DNA from: Luminiphilus sp.
GTDB taxonomy: Bacteria > Pseudomonadota > Gammaproteobacteria > Pseudomonadales > Halieaceae
Length of the DNA: 51,068 bases
Assembly (NCBI GenBank): GCA_029253705.1
Contig: JAQWYY010000278.1
Location: forward strand, 1-51,068
Direction: 5' to 3'
A program made the translations under genes and the position numbers. Positions 20,782 to 31,018 of the stretch are shown one piece after another (position 1 is the first letter of the stretch; every line of letters begins with the position of its first letter). The notes beneath the pieces were generated by a model. That model searched no databases and had not been told where the DNA came from. It worked only from the letters and a program-made list of their open reading frames with translations.

Positions 20782-21561
20782 ATGGCTGTTACACCCAAAA
20801 CCCCTAAAGAACTACAAGGAATGCGCGTTGCCGGCCACCTTGCTGCTGAAGTTCTGGAAATGATAGAGCCGCTAGTCAAAGTGGGAATTACCACGGGAGA
20901 GCTAGATCGCATTTGCCACGATTACATTGTCAACGTTCAAGGGGCAATTCCTGCTCCTCTCAATTATCACGGGTTTCCAAAGTCCATTTGCACATCTGTG
21001 AATGATGTTATCTGCCACGGCATTCCCTCAGACGGCAAAAAGCTTCGAAACGGAGACATTATTAATATTGACGTTACTGTAATTAAGGATGGTTGGCATG
21101 GTGACACCAGCATTATGGTTGGCGTGGGTGATGTGGCACCACACGCAGAGCGTCTGATGCGCATCACCCAGGAATGCCTCTACAAAGCGCTGGCGATTGT
21201 TCGCCCTGGAACGACTTTGGGAGATATTGGTCATGTGATTCAGCGCTATGCTGAGGAAAATTACTATTCAGTGGTTCGCGAGTATTGTGGTCATGGAATT
21301 GGGCAAATTTTTCACGAGGAGCCTCAAATACTTCATTACGGCTCCCCCGGCTTGGGCGAAGTCCTTACAGAGGGTATGACCTTTACGATCGAACCCATGA
21401 TCAATGCAGGGAAGCGTCACACCAAGCTCAACACCAAGGATGGTTGGACTGTAACAACCCGAGATGGGCGTCTTTCAGCTCAGTGGGAGCACACCCTCGC
21501 AGTCACTGCCGAGGGTTGTGAGGTGTTTACCAAAAGAACTTCAGAAATTTTGCCCTGTTGA
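20782..21561 (+). CDS. map: Methionine aminopeptidase type I
   Basis: SICTSVNDVICHGIP, DVTVIKDGWHGDTS, GHGIG..FHEEP, SAQWEHT. Confidence 0.98.
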   Translation: MAVTPKTPKELQGMRVAGHLAAEVLEMIEPLVKVGITTGELDRICHDYIVNVQGAIPAPLNYHGFPKSICTSVNDVICHGIPSDGKKLRNGDIINIDVTVIKDGWHGDTSIMVGVGDVAPHAERLMRITQECLYKALAIVRPGTTLGDIGHVIQRYAEENYYSVVREYCGHGIGQIFHEEPQILHYGSPGLGEVLTEGMTFTIEPMINAGKRHTKLNTKDGWTVTTRDGRLSAQWEHTLAVTAEGCEVFTKRTSEILPC

Positions 21562-21584
21562 CTTAACCCCAGAGAGCGCGATTC

Positions 21585-24212
21585 ATGGCCAATTTCATTA
21601 GCCATTCAGACCAGCCTGTGCAGGATTGTCAGAGGTACCTAACGCAGGTTACTGAAGAAATTGCAGGGGATTTCCACCCAACCAGCCCGGTGTGGCCGCT
21701 GTTGTCCGCACGTTCCGAAGCAGTAGACAAGGTACTGATGCATCTTTGGGGCTTTTATCTGAACGAACGAACAGATTTAGCCCTTGCTGCTGTGGGTGGC
21801 TACGGTCGCGGCGAGCTCTACCCTTTTTCCGACATCGATTTGCTGATTCTAGTTTCTCAGCCACCGGACGAAAAAACCGCCGCTCAACTCTCAGAATTAC
21901 TGAGGAATCTTTGGGATATCGGACTCAAAGTGGGATCGAGTGTCAGAACTCTCGATGAATGTGGAACGCTGGCTAGTGAGGATCTCACCATTTTCACGTC
22001 TCTCTTGGAGGCGCGTTGGGTCGCTGGAAGCAGTGAGCTTTTTTCACAGTTGAAAAGTCACATTGATTCAGGGCATATGTGGGACAGCAAAGCGTTTTAT
22101 AGGGCAAAACTCGAAGAAACCGAGTCCCGCCATGATCATTTTGGAAATACCGAAAGCAACTTGGAGCCTCACGTCAAAAATGGCCCGGGAGGGCTGCGGG
22201 ACATTCAGGTCATCGGCTGGATTGCCAAACGTCACTATGGCGTCTCGTTGCAAGACCTCAATGAGGCCGACTTCCTCAATACCGACGAACAGCGGATGCT
22301 GGAAGCTGGGCAAAATTTCATAGGACAAGTTCGCTTCGCGCTTCATACCCTGAACGGCCGAGAGGAGGACCGACTGCTTTTCGAACAGCAGCAAAAGCTC
22401 GCTCAGCTCTGGGAGATGGTTGACGGCGAAAAACTCGCGGTAGAGCAGTTCATGCAGGTTTACTATCGCTGGGCACAGGCGTTAGCGCAACTTCGCGAGC
22501 TTGTCATGCAAGCCTTTGAGCGGCAAATACTACACAGCGATGATCGGGAAAAAGCCCGAATACTTAGCGAAGACTTTGAAGTCATTGGTGGCTTGCTATC
22601 GGCAAGAAGAGACGACATTTTCATCAAAGAGCCCTCAAACCTGCTGCGAGTCTTCGTTGTTCTTGCCAATAACTCTGATATCAGTGGCATTGCACCGGGA
22701 ACTTGGCGACTACTGAGGTCAGCTCATGACCTCATAGATCCGCCCTTCAGAGCAGACCCCGTCAATCAGGCGCTATTCATGGAGCTCATTCGTTCACCCC
22801 ACGGTGTAACCTTGCAGCTGCGTCGCATGGCGAGACATGGTTTGTTGGGCAGATACCTCCCGGAATTTGGTCGTATCGTAGGGCAAATGCAATTTGATTT
22901 ATTTCATGCGTACACCGTCGAAGCCCACACCCTCGAGGTGCTGGCCAACACGCGGCGTTTCATGCGAGCGGACTACACCGATAAATTTCCAGTCTCAACA
23001 CGGATAGCCCAGCGACTGAGGGCACCAGAGCTGCTTTACGTCGCGGCGCTTTACCACGATATCGGCAAGGGGCGCGGGGGCGATCACTCTGAGCTAGGTG
23101 CCGCAGACGCACAGGGGTTTTGCGAAAGGCACGGGCTTAGCCAAACCGATACAAATTTAGTCGTTTGGTTAGTGCGCAATCATCTGTTAATGAGTTCATT
23201 CTCTCAACGTAAAGACATTTCTGATCCGGATGAGATCGCCCTCTTCGCCAAACACGTAGCCACTCAAGAACGCCTAGACTACTTATATACGTTGACTGTC
23301 GCTGATATTCACGGCACGAACCCGGAACTTTGGAATGCGTGGCGAAGCACGCTGCTCCGCCAAACGTACACGGAAACACGCCGAGCCCTTATTCGAGGCC
23401 TAGAGAACCCAGTAGATCGCCAAAGCGTGGTCGATACAACACGTCAAGCGGCCTTAGAGTTGTTGGAGGAAAGAGGTTTCATTAAGTCGGATGTCGAGGG
23501 TATCTGGGCGCTCAGAGGCGATGACTATTTCCTGAGGGAGCGACCTGATGACATTGCCTGGCATACCGAGTCAATCGCAGACCACAGCAATCTCGACCAA
23601 GCTCTGGTGCTTATCCGGCAAAGCAGCGATTCAACCGTGGCGAACGCAACCCAAATTTTTGTCCATGCACCCGACAGCCCAGACCTCTTCGCTCGTATTT
23701 GCGCTCAATTGGAAGTGCTGGATCTGAGTGTGAACGACGCCAGAATTTATCTGGGCAGCGACGGTGCAACCCTAGACACGTTCTATGTGCTGCAAGCCGA
23801 TGGCAATCCAGTTGCTGGAGATATCAATACCTTGAAGAGCATTCGAGAGGGATTGTCGACCGCGTTGACTCAAAAAGAGATAAGGACCGTCACTCGACAC
23901 ACACCACGTCGACAAAAATCATTCGTCATTCCAACTGAAACCTCTGTCCATCAAGACGATCGCAGGGGATGGACGGTGCTGGAAGTCGCCACCCCTGATC
24001 GGCCTGGGCTACTTGCAAACATTGGAGCTGTCTTTGTGGATCAAAATGTATCTCTGCAGGCGGCAAAAATTCAGACGCTGGGTGAGCGCGTAGAGGATGT
24101 CTTTTTTGTCACGACAAGTGATGGCACCAGCATTAGCGATAAACAAGCCCTGGCTCGTCTTGAGCAGGCAATAAAGCAGTCTCTCGACACGGAGCTGCAA
24201 AGTAACCCATGA
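21585..24212 (+). CDS. glnD: [Protein-PII] uridylyltransferase/uridylyl-removing enzyme
   Basis: GGYGRGELYPFSDIDLL nucleotidyltransferase motif, GGLRDI, HD domain YHDIGKG, C-terminal ACT domains (DRPGLLA, GERVEDVF). Confidence 0.97.
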   Translation: MANFISHSDQPVQDCQRYLTQVTEEIAGDFHPTSPVWPLLSARSEAVDKVLMHLWGFYLNERTDLALAAVGGYGRGELYPFSDIDLLILVSQPPDEKTAAQLSELLRNLWDIGLKVGSSVRTLDECGTLASEDLTIFTSLLEARWVAGSSELFSQLKSHIDSGHMWDSKAFYRAKLEETESRHDHFGNTESNLEPHVKNGPGGLRDIQVIGWIAKRHYGVSLQDLNEADFLNTDEQRMLEAGQNFIGQVRFALHTLNGREEDRLLFEQQQKLAQLWEMVDGEKLAVEQFMQVYYRWAQALAQLRELVMQAFERQILHSDDREKARILSEDFEVIGGLLSARRDDIFIKEPSNLLRVFVVLANNSDISGIAPGTWRLLRSAHDLIDPPFRADPVNQALFMELIRSPHGVTLQLRRMARHGLLGRYLPEFGRIVGQMQFDLFHAYTVEAHTLEVLANTRRFMRADYTDKFPVSTRIAQRLRAPELLYVAALYHDIGKGRGGDHSELGAADAQGFCERHGLSQTDTNLVVWLVRNHLLMSSFSQRKDISDPDEIALFAKHVATQERLDYLYTLTVADIHGTNPELWNAWRSTLLRQTYTETRRALIRGLENPVDRQSVVDTTRQAALELLEERGFIKSDVEGIWALRGDDYFLRERPDDIAWHTESIADHSNLDQALVLIRQSSDSTVANATQIFVHAPDSPDLFARICAQLEVLDLSVNDARIYLGSDGATLDTFYVLQADGNPVAGDINTLKSIREGLSTALTQKEIRTVTRHTPRRQKSFVIPTETSVHQDDRRGWTVLEVATPDRPGLLANIGAVFVDQNVSLQAAKIQTLGERVEDVFFVTTSDGTSISDKQALARLEQAIKQSLDTELQSNP

Positions 24213-25399
24213 ATCCAGGTCTAGAAGCATTACAGCCCTATCCATTTCAACGGCTGGGCCAATTATTCAAGAGCATATCGGCAGCAAACTTGCCTGAAAT
24301 CGCGCTGACGATTGGTGAACCTCAGCATGCCCCGCCTTCGCTGGTCATGGAAGCACTGACGCATGCCTTAGCCGGGGTTAGTCACTATCCCTCCACTTCA
24401 GGGTCACCTGCTTTGAGGGCAAGTATCGCGGGGTGGCTGGAACGTCGTTTTAAGCTACCTCAGGTTGACGCAGTCGCTCAGGTTCTGCCGGTTAACGGCA
24501 CTCGAGAGGCTTTATTTGCAATTGCCCAGGCTCTGGTAACCCCCGGGGCACCCGGAAGAGTTATGAGTCCCAATCCCTTCTATCAGATTTATGAGGGGGC
24601 AGCATTACTCGCGGGCACAAATCCAACATTTGTTCCAGCAAACAGCCACAGTCACTTTAAGCCCGACTTTTCCCAGGTAACTGCTGATGACTGGCGTTGT
24701 CTGGAACTGCTATACATTTGTAATCCCGGCAACCCATCGGGCGCCGTCATGGCAGAAACAGAGTTACAAGTCCTGATTGCACTGGCACAGGAACATGACT
24801 TCGTCATCGTAAGCGATGAGTGTTACAGCGAGATTTATCCCGACGAAAACTCTCCGCCTGCCGGACTTCTTGCCGCTGCCGCTAATATGGGGCTCAGTGA
24901 TTTCACACGATGTCTTTGCTTCCACAGCTTATCAAAGCGCTCCAACTTGCCAGGGCTGCGGTCAGGGTTCGTCGCTGGAGACGCAGACCTCATTAAAAAA
25001 TTCACCCAATATCGAACCTATCATGGCTGCGCTATGCCGCCTCACCATCAGCTTGCAAGCACGGTTGCGTGGGGTGATGAAACTCACGTAGTAGCTAATC
25101 GCGCCGCTTATCGCGCCAAGTTTGAGGCGGTGGTGCCGATATTGGCCACGCAGCTAAACGTCGCCACTCCGGACGCCGGGTTCTACCTTTGGCCCGAAAC
25201 ACCTGTTGACGACTTGGAGTTTGCCTGCGAGTTACTGAGACGCTGTAACGTTGCTGTATTGCCAGGTCAGTTTTTGGGCAGATCGGTAAAGGGTGAAAAT
25301 CCTGGAGCAAACCGCATTCGCATGGCACTGGTCGCCGACCAGGCGACATGCGTAGAAGCTGCACAGCGGATGGTTCGTGCACTAGAGCAAGGCTGGTGA
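24209..25399 (+). CDS. dapC: Succinyldiaminopimelate transaminase
   Basis: LQPYPFQRL, PVNGTREALF, SDECYSEIY, PLP lysine in SLSKRSNLPGLRSG; follows glnD. Confidence 0.92.
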   Translation: MNPGLEALQPYPFQRLGQLFKSISAANLPEIALTIGEPQHAPPSLVMEALTHALAGVSHYPSTSGSPALRASIAGWLERRFKLPQVDAVAQVLPVNGTREALFAIAQALVTPGAPGRVMSPNPFYQIYEGAALLAGTNPTFVPANSHSHFKPDFSQVTADDWRCLELLYICNPGNPSGAVMAETELQVLIALAQEHDFVIVSDECYSEIYPDENSPPAGLLAAAANMGLSDFTRCLCFHSLSKRSNLPGLRSGFVAGDADLIKKFTQYRTYHGCAMPPHHQLASTVAWGDETHVVANRAAYRAKFEAVVPILATQLNVATPDAGFYLWPETPVDDLEFACELLRRCNVAVLPGQFLGRSVKGENPGANRIRMALVADQATCVEAAQRMVRALEQGW

Positions 25400-25404
25400 A
25401 AACT

Positions 25405-26088
25405 ATGCCCCCTGAGCCCACTTCTTTGCATAACTTAACGAAAGACCAACGTGTCACCTTCATCGACAAACGCCTCGCTCAGTTATATCCAAAACCGCCT
25501 GTGCCCCTCGATCATAATGATCCATTTACTCTACTGATCGCTGTATTACTGAGCGCGCAGTGCACCGACGAACGCGTTAATCAGGTGACTCCGGCGTTGT
25601 TCGCCGCCGCCCGGACACCCGAGGCCATGGCTGATTTATCTGTAGAGGCTATTCGCACCATCATACGGCCCTGCGGCCTGTCACCACAAAAATCCAAGGC
25701 GATAAAAGGCTTGAGTCAAATTTTGATCGACCAGCACGACACTCAAGTACCTCGCACTTTTGAAGCACTAGAAGCCTTACCTGGGGTTGGCCATAAGACG
25801 GCAGGCGTGGTAATGGCTCAGGCCTTCGGTCATCCTGCATTTCCTGTCGACACCCATATCCATCGCCTTGCCCAGCGCTGGGGTTTAACCCGGGGCAGAA
25901 ATGTTGTCGAGACCGAGCGGGATCTAAAACGCGTCTTTCCAGAGTCACGCTGGAATGAGCTCCACCTGCAAATTATTTTTTATGGCCGAGAGTACTGTAC
26001 GGCCCGAGGCTGTGACGGCCGTATTTGCGAAATTTGTACTACCTGCTACCCACTTCGCAAGCACCCCAAGAAAATTAACAAACCCTGA
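25405..26088 (+). CDS. nth: Endonuclease III (HhH-GPD DNA glycosylase)
   Basis: LLIAVLLSAQCTDERVN, LPGVGHKTA, FPVDTHIHR and a Cys-rich C terminus. Start is ATG 25405 or GTG 25396. Confidence 0.92.
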   Translation: MPPEPTSLHNLTKDQRVTFIDKRLAQLYPKPPVPLDHNDPFTLLIAVLLSAQCTDERVNQVTPALFAAARTPEAMADLSVEAIRTIIRPCGLSPQKSKAIKGLSQILIDQHDTQVPRTFEALEALPGVGHKTAGVVMAQAFGHPAFPVDTHIHRLAQRWGLTRGRNVVETERDLKRVFPESRWNELHLQIIFYGREYCTARGCDGRICEICTTCYPLRKHPKKINKP

Positions 26089-26140
26089 TTCTGGTAAACT
26101 TACCGCCAAGCGGTCGTGATTTTTTATGGAGGGAGCACTC

Positions 26141-26491
26141 ATGAACCCTGTGATTTACGGTATACCCAACTGTGATTCCGTCAAAAAGGCCAAACAATGG
26201 CTCGAGGCCAAAGACCTCGATTACAGATTCGTGGATTTCAGAAAGACCGCCCCTTCACCAATACAACTGCAGCATTGGATCAATGCCGTGGGTCAAAAAG
26301 CTTTGCTCAATAAACGCAGCACTACTTGGAAGAATTTGTCGGAGCTAGACCGGTCAGAAGCGGAAAGCGGAGACATTATTACACTCTTGCTAAACCACCC
26401 AACGCTTATTAAACGGCCGGTGCTAGAGCACAAAGGCGAGACGACGGTAGGCTTTAACGCTGGCGACTATGCCACTCGGTTTGAACGCTAA
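26141..26491 (+). CDS. ArsC/Spx family protein (YffB-like)
   Basis: IYGIPNCDSVKKA, LLNKRSTTW, PTLIKRPVL; located in the dap cluster; ATG 26141 follows GGAGGGAG. Confidence 0.9.
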   Translation: MNPVIYGIPNCDSVKKAKQWLEAKDLDYRFVDFRKTAPSPIQLQHWINAVGQKALLNKRSTTWKNLSELDRSEAESGDIITLLLNHPTLIKRPVLEHKGETTVGFNAGDYATRFER

Positions 26492-26518
26492 ATTTTTAAA
26501 CATTTACAGGAGAAAACC

Positions 26519-27529
26519 ATGAGCATGCTGCATGGATTTGGATTGGGCATCGCCACTCAGAATACCGTGGGCGAGACACTAGACGTCTTTTACCCCGCGC
26601 CTCTCAGTAACATCGAGGGTGACCTTGCCGCCGTGATGAAAGGCGTCTCGGGCTCCCTTGATGAGAGCCAGCTAACTGAACTCAGTAAAAGTTTTGCTAC
26701 TGTTGGCGCCCATGAACAAGCTTCTTTGGCCGACCAGCTCAAGGCTTCGGGAGGACGAGTAATGGCCACCACGCTGGCCGACAATGCAGCGCCAGAGACC
26801 GTAGCAGATGCCTACTTAAAACTGCATTTACTGTCACATCGTCAAGTCAAACCCCACGGCACCGAGCTAGAAGGACTTTTTGGTTTACTGCCCAATGTGG
26901 CCTGGACTGATCAGGGAGCTGTTTGCCTGAGCGATCTGGCACAGAGGCAACTAGATGCGCGCTTGCGGGGTAGTGTTCTCGAAGTTGCCAGCGTCGATAA
27001 GTTCCCAAAAATGACAAACTATGTAGTTCCTAGCGGTGTACGCATTGCACACACGGCAAGAGTTCGACTCGGTGCTTACTTAGGTGAGGGAACAACGGTA
27101 ATGCATGAGGGTTTCATCAACTTTAACGGTGGCACCGAGGGACCCGGCATGATTGAGGGGCGCATTTCAGCAGGCGTCTGGGTGGGCGGCGGTTCAGATT
27201 TAGGAGGGGGCTGCTCTACTATGGGAACGCTTTCCGGAGGTGGCAATATTATTATTTCTGTCGGGCGCGAGTGCTTGATTGGGGCCAACGCCGGCTTGGG
27301 AATTCCACTGGGTGATCGCTGTACTATCGAAGCTGGCCTCTTCATAACTGCGGGCACCAAGGTGACTCTTCTAGATGGAGCGCGAAAACCTGTCGAGACA
27401 GTGTCAGCTCGCGACCTCGCTGATAAATCTGACCTTCTATTCCGACGTAACAGCACTTCTGGCACGGTAGAGTGCCTCACTAACCGTTCAGCCATTGAAT
27501 TAAATGAGAGCCTTCATGCCAACAACTGA
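26519..27529 (+). CDS. dapD: 2,3,4,5-tetrahydropyridine-2,6-dicarboxylate N-succinyltransferase (long Pseudomonas-type)
   Basis: [48 protein letters not shown]. Confidence 0.95.
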   Translation: MSMLHGFGLGIATQNTVGETLDVFYPAPLSNIEGDLAAVMKGVSGSLDESQLTELSKSFATVGAHEQASLADQLKASGGRVMATTLADNAAPETVADAYLKLHLLSHRQVKPHGTELEGLFGLLPNVAWTDQGAVCLSDLAQRQLDARLRGSVLEVASVDKFPKMTNYVVPSGVRIAHTARVRLGAYLGEGTTVMHEGFINFNGGTEGPGMIEGRISAGVWVGGGSDLGGGCSTMGTLSGGGNIIISVGRECLIGANAGLGIPLGDRCTIEAGLFITAGTKVTLLDGARKPVETVSARDLADKSDLLFRRNSTSGTVECLTNRSAIELNESLHANN

Positions 27530-28667
27530 ATACGGGGCCGAAGCCATTGCACTGACCCGACAACTTATCGAATGTCAGTCGGTTACACCTAATGATGCAG
27601 GGTGCCAAGAAATACTAATGCAGCGGTTAATAACAGCGGGCTTTGCCTGTGAGTCCATGCGCTTTGGAGACGTTGACAACTTCTGGGCTTCCCGAGGGCA
27701 AGGTGACGGCACACTCGTTTTTGCAGGCCATACAGATGTTGTTCCAACCGGGCCGGAAGCACGGTGGTCGACTGAGCCTTTCACACCAACCGAGCGTGAC
27801 GGTGTGCTCTATGGTCGCGGAACCGCCGACATGAAAGCGAGCCTTGCGGCAATGACTGTGGCGGCAGAAGCCTTCACAAAACAGCATGGCAATCACATTG
27901 GAAGACTCGCCTTCTTGATAACGGCAGACGAGGAGGGCCCAGCGACTGACGGAACTGTCAAAGTAGTTGAGGAATTGATTAGTCGGGGAGAGAAGCTTGA
28001 CTGGTGCGTGGTTGGCGAACCTTCAAGTTCAGAGTCTCTTGGAGACATCATAAAAAACGGGCGAAGAGGCTCGATCAATGGGGTAATTACCATTAGAGGA
28101 AAGCAAGGCCACATCGCCTATCCTCAATTTGCCGACAACCCTATTCACGCAGCGTTTTTAGCCCTCGATGCACTCGCCAAGGAACCCTGGGACGAGGGCA
28201 ATGCATTCTTCGAGCCCACTCGCCTTCAGTTCGGAAATATCCAAGCTGGCACAGGCGCTACCAACATTATTCCAGGCACGTTGACGGCTCAGTTCAACGT
28301 GCGATTCTCAACGGAGACTGACGCAACAACCATACGCAGTCGCTGCGAAAGAATCTTGAGTGCGCACGTGTCCGACTTTGATATTGAATGGCGGCTAAGC
28401 GGCGAGCCCTTTTTGACGAAGCCAGGCGCGTTAGTGGATGCAGTTTCGGCGAGTATTGAATCAATCACGGGAACATCCCCGACATTGTCAACGGGTGGAG
28501 GCACCTCTGACGGGCGGTTCATCGCCAAAACCGGCACTCAGATTGTGGAACTGGGACCGATAAATGCGTCGATCCATCAAGTCGACGAGCATATCTTGCT
28601 TAGTGATATACCGCGCCTCACAGCCATCTACTTTGGAATCATGACGCGTCTACTGACGGCTCACTAA
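27516..28667 (+). CDS. dapE: Succinyl-diaminopimelate desuccinylase
   Basis: [41 protein letters not shown]; start is ATG 27516 or 27504. Confidence 0.96.
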   Translation: MPTTEYGAEAIALTRQLIECQSVTPNDAGCQEILMQRLITAGFACESMRFGDVDNFWASRGQGDGTLVFAGHTDVVPTGPEARWSTEPFTPTERDGVLYGRGTADMKASLAAMTVAAEAFTKQHGNHIGRLAFLITADEEGPATDGTVKVVEELISRGEKLDWCVVGEPSSSESLGDIIKNGRRGSINGVITIRGKQGHIAYPQFADNPIHAAFLALDALAKEPWDEGNAFFEPTRLQFGNIQAGTGATNIIPGTLTAQFNVRFSTETDATTIRSRCERILSAHVSDFDIEWRLSGEPFLTKPGALVDAVSASIESITGTSPTLSTGGGTSDGRFIAKTGTQIVELGPINASIHQVDEHILLSDIPRLTAIYFGIMTRLLTAH

Positions 28668-29061
28668 GAAAGCGTAGCTGCACCTTGCATACCTCAGGCT
28701 TATTTGAAAAATCTCGAGACTCCAGCCAGCAAGACCAAAATGCCGCGACCGATTGGGTCAGTTCGTTCGTAGGGCGCGGCAATTCCAACACTACTTTCAA
28801 GCCAGCTTGCGTGCTTATTCCCAGCACTGCTTGAAGCAACATCCACGGCGCTTGAATAAACGCTTGCAGAGCCTCTAACTCACCATCCCTGCTGATTACA
28901 GTCAGCGACGAACATGGCTCACAACGCAACACGAGAAGCTCCAGCGGTTCTGCCTGCCGCAGACGATCACAGGCGTCGCCCTGACTCAAGGCGTCACCTA
29001 CCGAGCAGTTTAAAACTGTTTTACCCCCTCGGGCATGACCTTCTACAGAACAAACCGACAT
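28639..29061 (-). CDS. Hypothetical protein, possibly a degenerate SDR/Rossmann-like fold
   Basis: 140-aa ORF with GAGGA upstream of the ATG, 9 nt after the rsmJ stop, filling an otherwise empty gap. Resemblance to the SDR core is loose and by eye only. Confidence 0.6.
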   Translation of the reverse strand: MSVCSVEGHARGGKTVLNCSVGDALSQGDACDRLRQAEPLELLVLRCEPCSSLTVISRDGELEALQAFIQAPWMLLQAVLGISTQAGLKVVLELPRPTNELTQSVAAFWSCWLESRDFSNKPEVCKVQLRFLSEPSVDAS

Positions 29062-29070
29062 TGCATTCCT

Positions 29071-29844
29071 CTAGAGTACATAAACATCAAACCGCACGGC
29101 TTTGCCTTTAATGACATGGGATGGCTTTCGATGATGAAGGGCGGGTGATTTTAAAGGGCGCTTAACAACAACACGTCGCACAGGTTGTGACATCGCCCAG
29201 ACAAATAGTTGCTCATCTTCGTTTTCCACACTCGCGTGCAATGCCTGTAGCACGCTAAGGTCTTTCTTTACTGCCGCCGAACTTCGACGATCTGTAAACA
29301 TGGGGTCCAAGTAGATCACTGTTTCCTGTGAGATTTTATAAGCGCGGCTATCCCCGGATTGCAGTTGCATACGTGAGGACGCCAACTGCACCGACGTAAT
29401 AGCACTAATCGACGCCCTTTCTAGGGCCTGCTTTAACATCAAAGCCAACACAGGCGACCTTTCAATCAAAGTAACAGAGCATCCAAGATCGGCTAATACG
29501 TAGGCATCACGTCCTAGCCCGGCTGTTGCGTCCAAGACTAATGGCCTTGTATCGCCCTTAACGCCCACCGCTCGTCCCAGCAGCTCATTTTGTCCACTCT
29601 TGCGTCGATATTGAAGTCCTGGCGATGCAAAATCTACGCGCACCGGGCTAACCTGCTCTGCCATGCATTTCTGCAGCCACAAATCGTCATAATCGACAAA
29701 GAGTGCCACGGGAGAACGCGCCTCATCCGCAAGGCGCACCGCCCGGCAGTTCAACTGATCAGCAACACGCTGGGCAAGCGGCCATGCCCCCGCAACGGCA
29801 GGCACAACCGTGCAAGCCCCTGACATTTCCTCGGAAAGACTCAC
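29071..29844 (-). CDS. rsmJ: 16S rRNA m2G1516 methyltransferase RsmJ family
   Basis: VLDATAGLGRDAYVLA, IERSP, IYLDPMF, RVVVKRP, RFDVY. Confidence 0.9.
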   Translation of the reverse strand: MSLSEEMSGACTVVPAVAGAWPLAQRVADQLNCRAVRLADEARSPVALFVDYDDLWLQKCMAEQVSPVRVDFASPGLQYRRKSGQNELLGRAVGVKGDTRPLVLDATAGLGRDAYVLADLGCSVTLIERSPVLALMLKQALERASISAITSVQLASSRMQLQSGDSRAYKISQETVIYLDPMFTDRRSSAAVKKDLSVLQALHASVENEDEQLFVWAMSQPVRRVVVKRPLKSPALHHRKPSHVIKGKAVRFDVYVL

Positions 29845-29846
29845 TG

Positions 29847-30959
29847 CTACAGGGCTCCTAACCTCAAACTCTCATCGGCTAGCTCTACCTCAAGCTCGAG
29901 GTTCACAGCCTCTAAATTCATACCGTGCTTATCCACCATTGACAGGGTCTGCAAGGCTCCTCCTGGAGGTGTCACAGCGCGTATTTCGACTAGGGACTGC
30001 CCTGCGATACGGAGTTTGTTGAGCTCTTTCAACTCAGCAATGGCCTGCGCTATGAATTCCTGCGCACCGAAAACACCATCGCGATCAGGTAGACCAGATT
30101 GAAAATCGCCAAGAATAATTTGCCCCGCTCGAGCTGATTCGAGCATTCTTGCCAAAGTAATGGTGACATCCCCCACGATGTAGCTCAAAACCGAAGGGTT
30201 TACACCCTCAGCCTGAAATAATTCGTAGTGACTGCCAATATGAAACGCCGATCGAATAACAGGCACCGTATTTCCCGAAGCCTGGCCTCTGGCGACCGCA
30301 TTATCAATTAATATCAGCAGTAGGAAAGACAGCATATCTAGGTCTGGATAAGCGCCCTGATCTCGATTCCAAACGTAGTAGCCGTCACCTGTGGTGGTTC
30401 TGGCGAAGTTGACGTCGACACCTTGACGCTGCAATTTGTTGTAGGCGGAGTTCATTGAATAGGACAAGGAGTTGAGTTGGCTCGCCTGCTCAAATGGGGT
30501 GTATAAAGAAAATTCAGCAATATCAAAAAGCAGCACCGCACGGGAGCCAACGTAGCTGATCCCATAGCTGGAGATGATAGCGTCGGCAGCCGCCAACATC
30601 TCGGGATTCTCCCCTAAAACACCATCAAGCTTAATGAAACTAGTAGAGACGCCGAGTCGCTGGGCAATGCTGAAAATCTCCCCATGACTCTTCAGGCAAG
30701 AGCCTCCTATGACTGCACTGACGAACTGCTCTTTTTCAGCCAACTCATCACCGCCTCCCCCAGCGGTTAAATTGCCCAAAAAATAATGTGGAACCATCAA
30801 GGTCAACACGCCTTTGGGGTCTGGCGCCCAGCACAACACCATATTTTGCCCAAGACGCCAATGCTTGCGCAGTGATTGCTCCAACTGTTTCAGTATCTGG
30901 GCCCGCTGAGACCCTGACTCGCCCTGCCGTCGGCGCAATTGGCCAGATTTTTCTACCAT
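29847..30959 (-). CDS. Divergent class III nucleotidyl cyclase-like protein with an unknown N-terminal domain
   Basis: Ordered motifs VLLFDIAEFS, TTGDGYYV, IRSAFHIG and YIVGDVTITLARMLESARAGQIIL parallel the adenylate/guanylate cyclase consensus. The CDS is solid; the family call is by eye. Confidence 0.65.
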   Translation of the reverse strand: MVEKSGQLRRRQGESGSQRAQILKQLEQSLRKHWRLGQNMVLCWAPDPKGVLTLMVPHYFLGNLTAGGGGDELAEKEQFVSAVIGGSCLKSHGEIFSIAQRLGVSTSFIKLDGVLGENPEMLAAADAIISSYGISYVGSRAVLLFDIAEFSLYTPFEQASQLNSLSYSMNSAYNKLQRQGVDVNFARTTTGDGYYVWNRDQGAYPDLDMLSFLLLILIDNAVARGQASGNTVPVIRSAFHIGSHYELFQAEGVNPSVLSYIVGDVTITLARMLESARAGQIILGDFQSGLPDRDGVFGAQEFIAQAIAELKELNKLRIAGQSLVEIRAVTPPGGALQTLSMVDKHGMNLEAVNLELEVELADESLRLGAL

Positions 30960-31018
30960 AACTGTGTCTCACGACCCTCGTTCTTGGCATTATACGTGGT
31001 CACCGTCAGGAGTCGCCC

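Noticed and set aside
29847-30959. Pycsar or CBASS anti-phage system
   Set aside because: No adjacent TIR or transmembrane effector and no defence-island or mobile context; kept only as an atypical cyclase-like gene.
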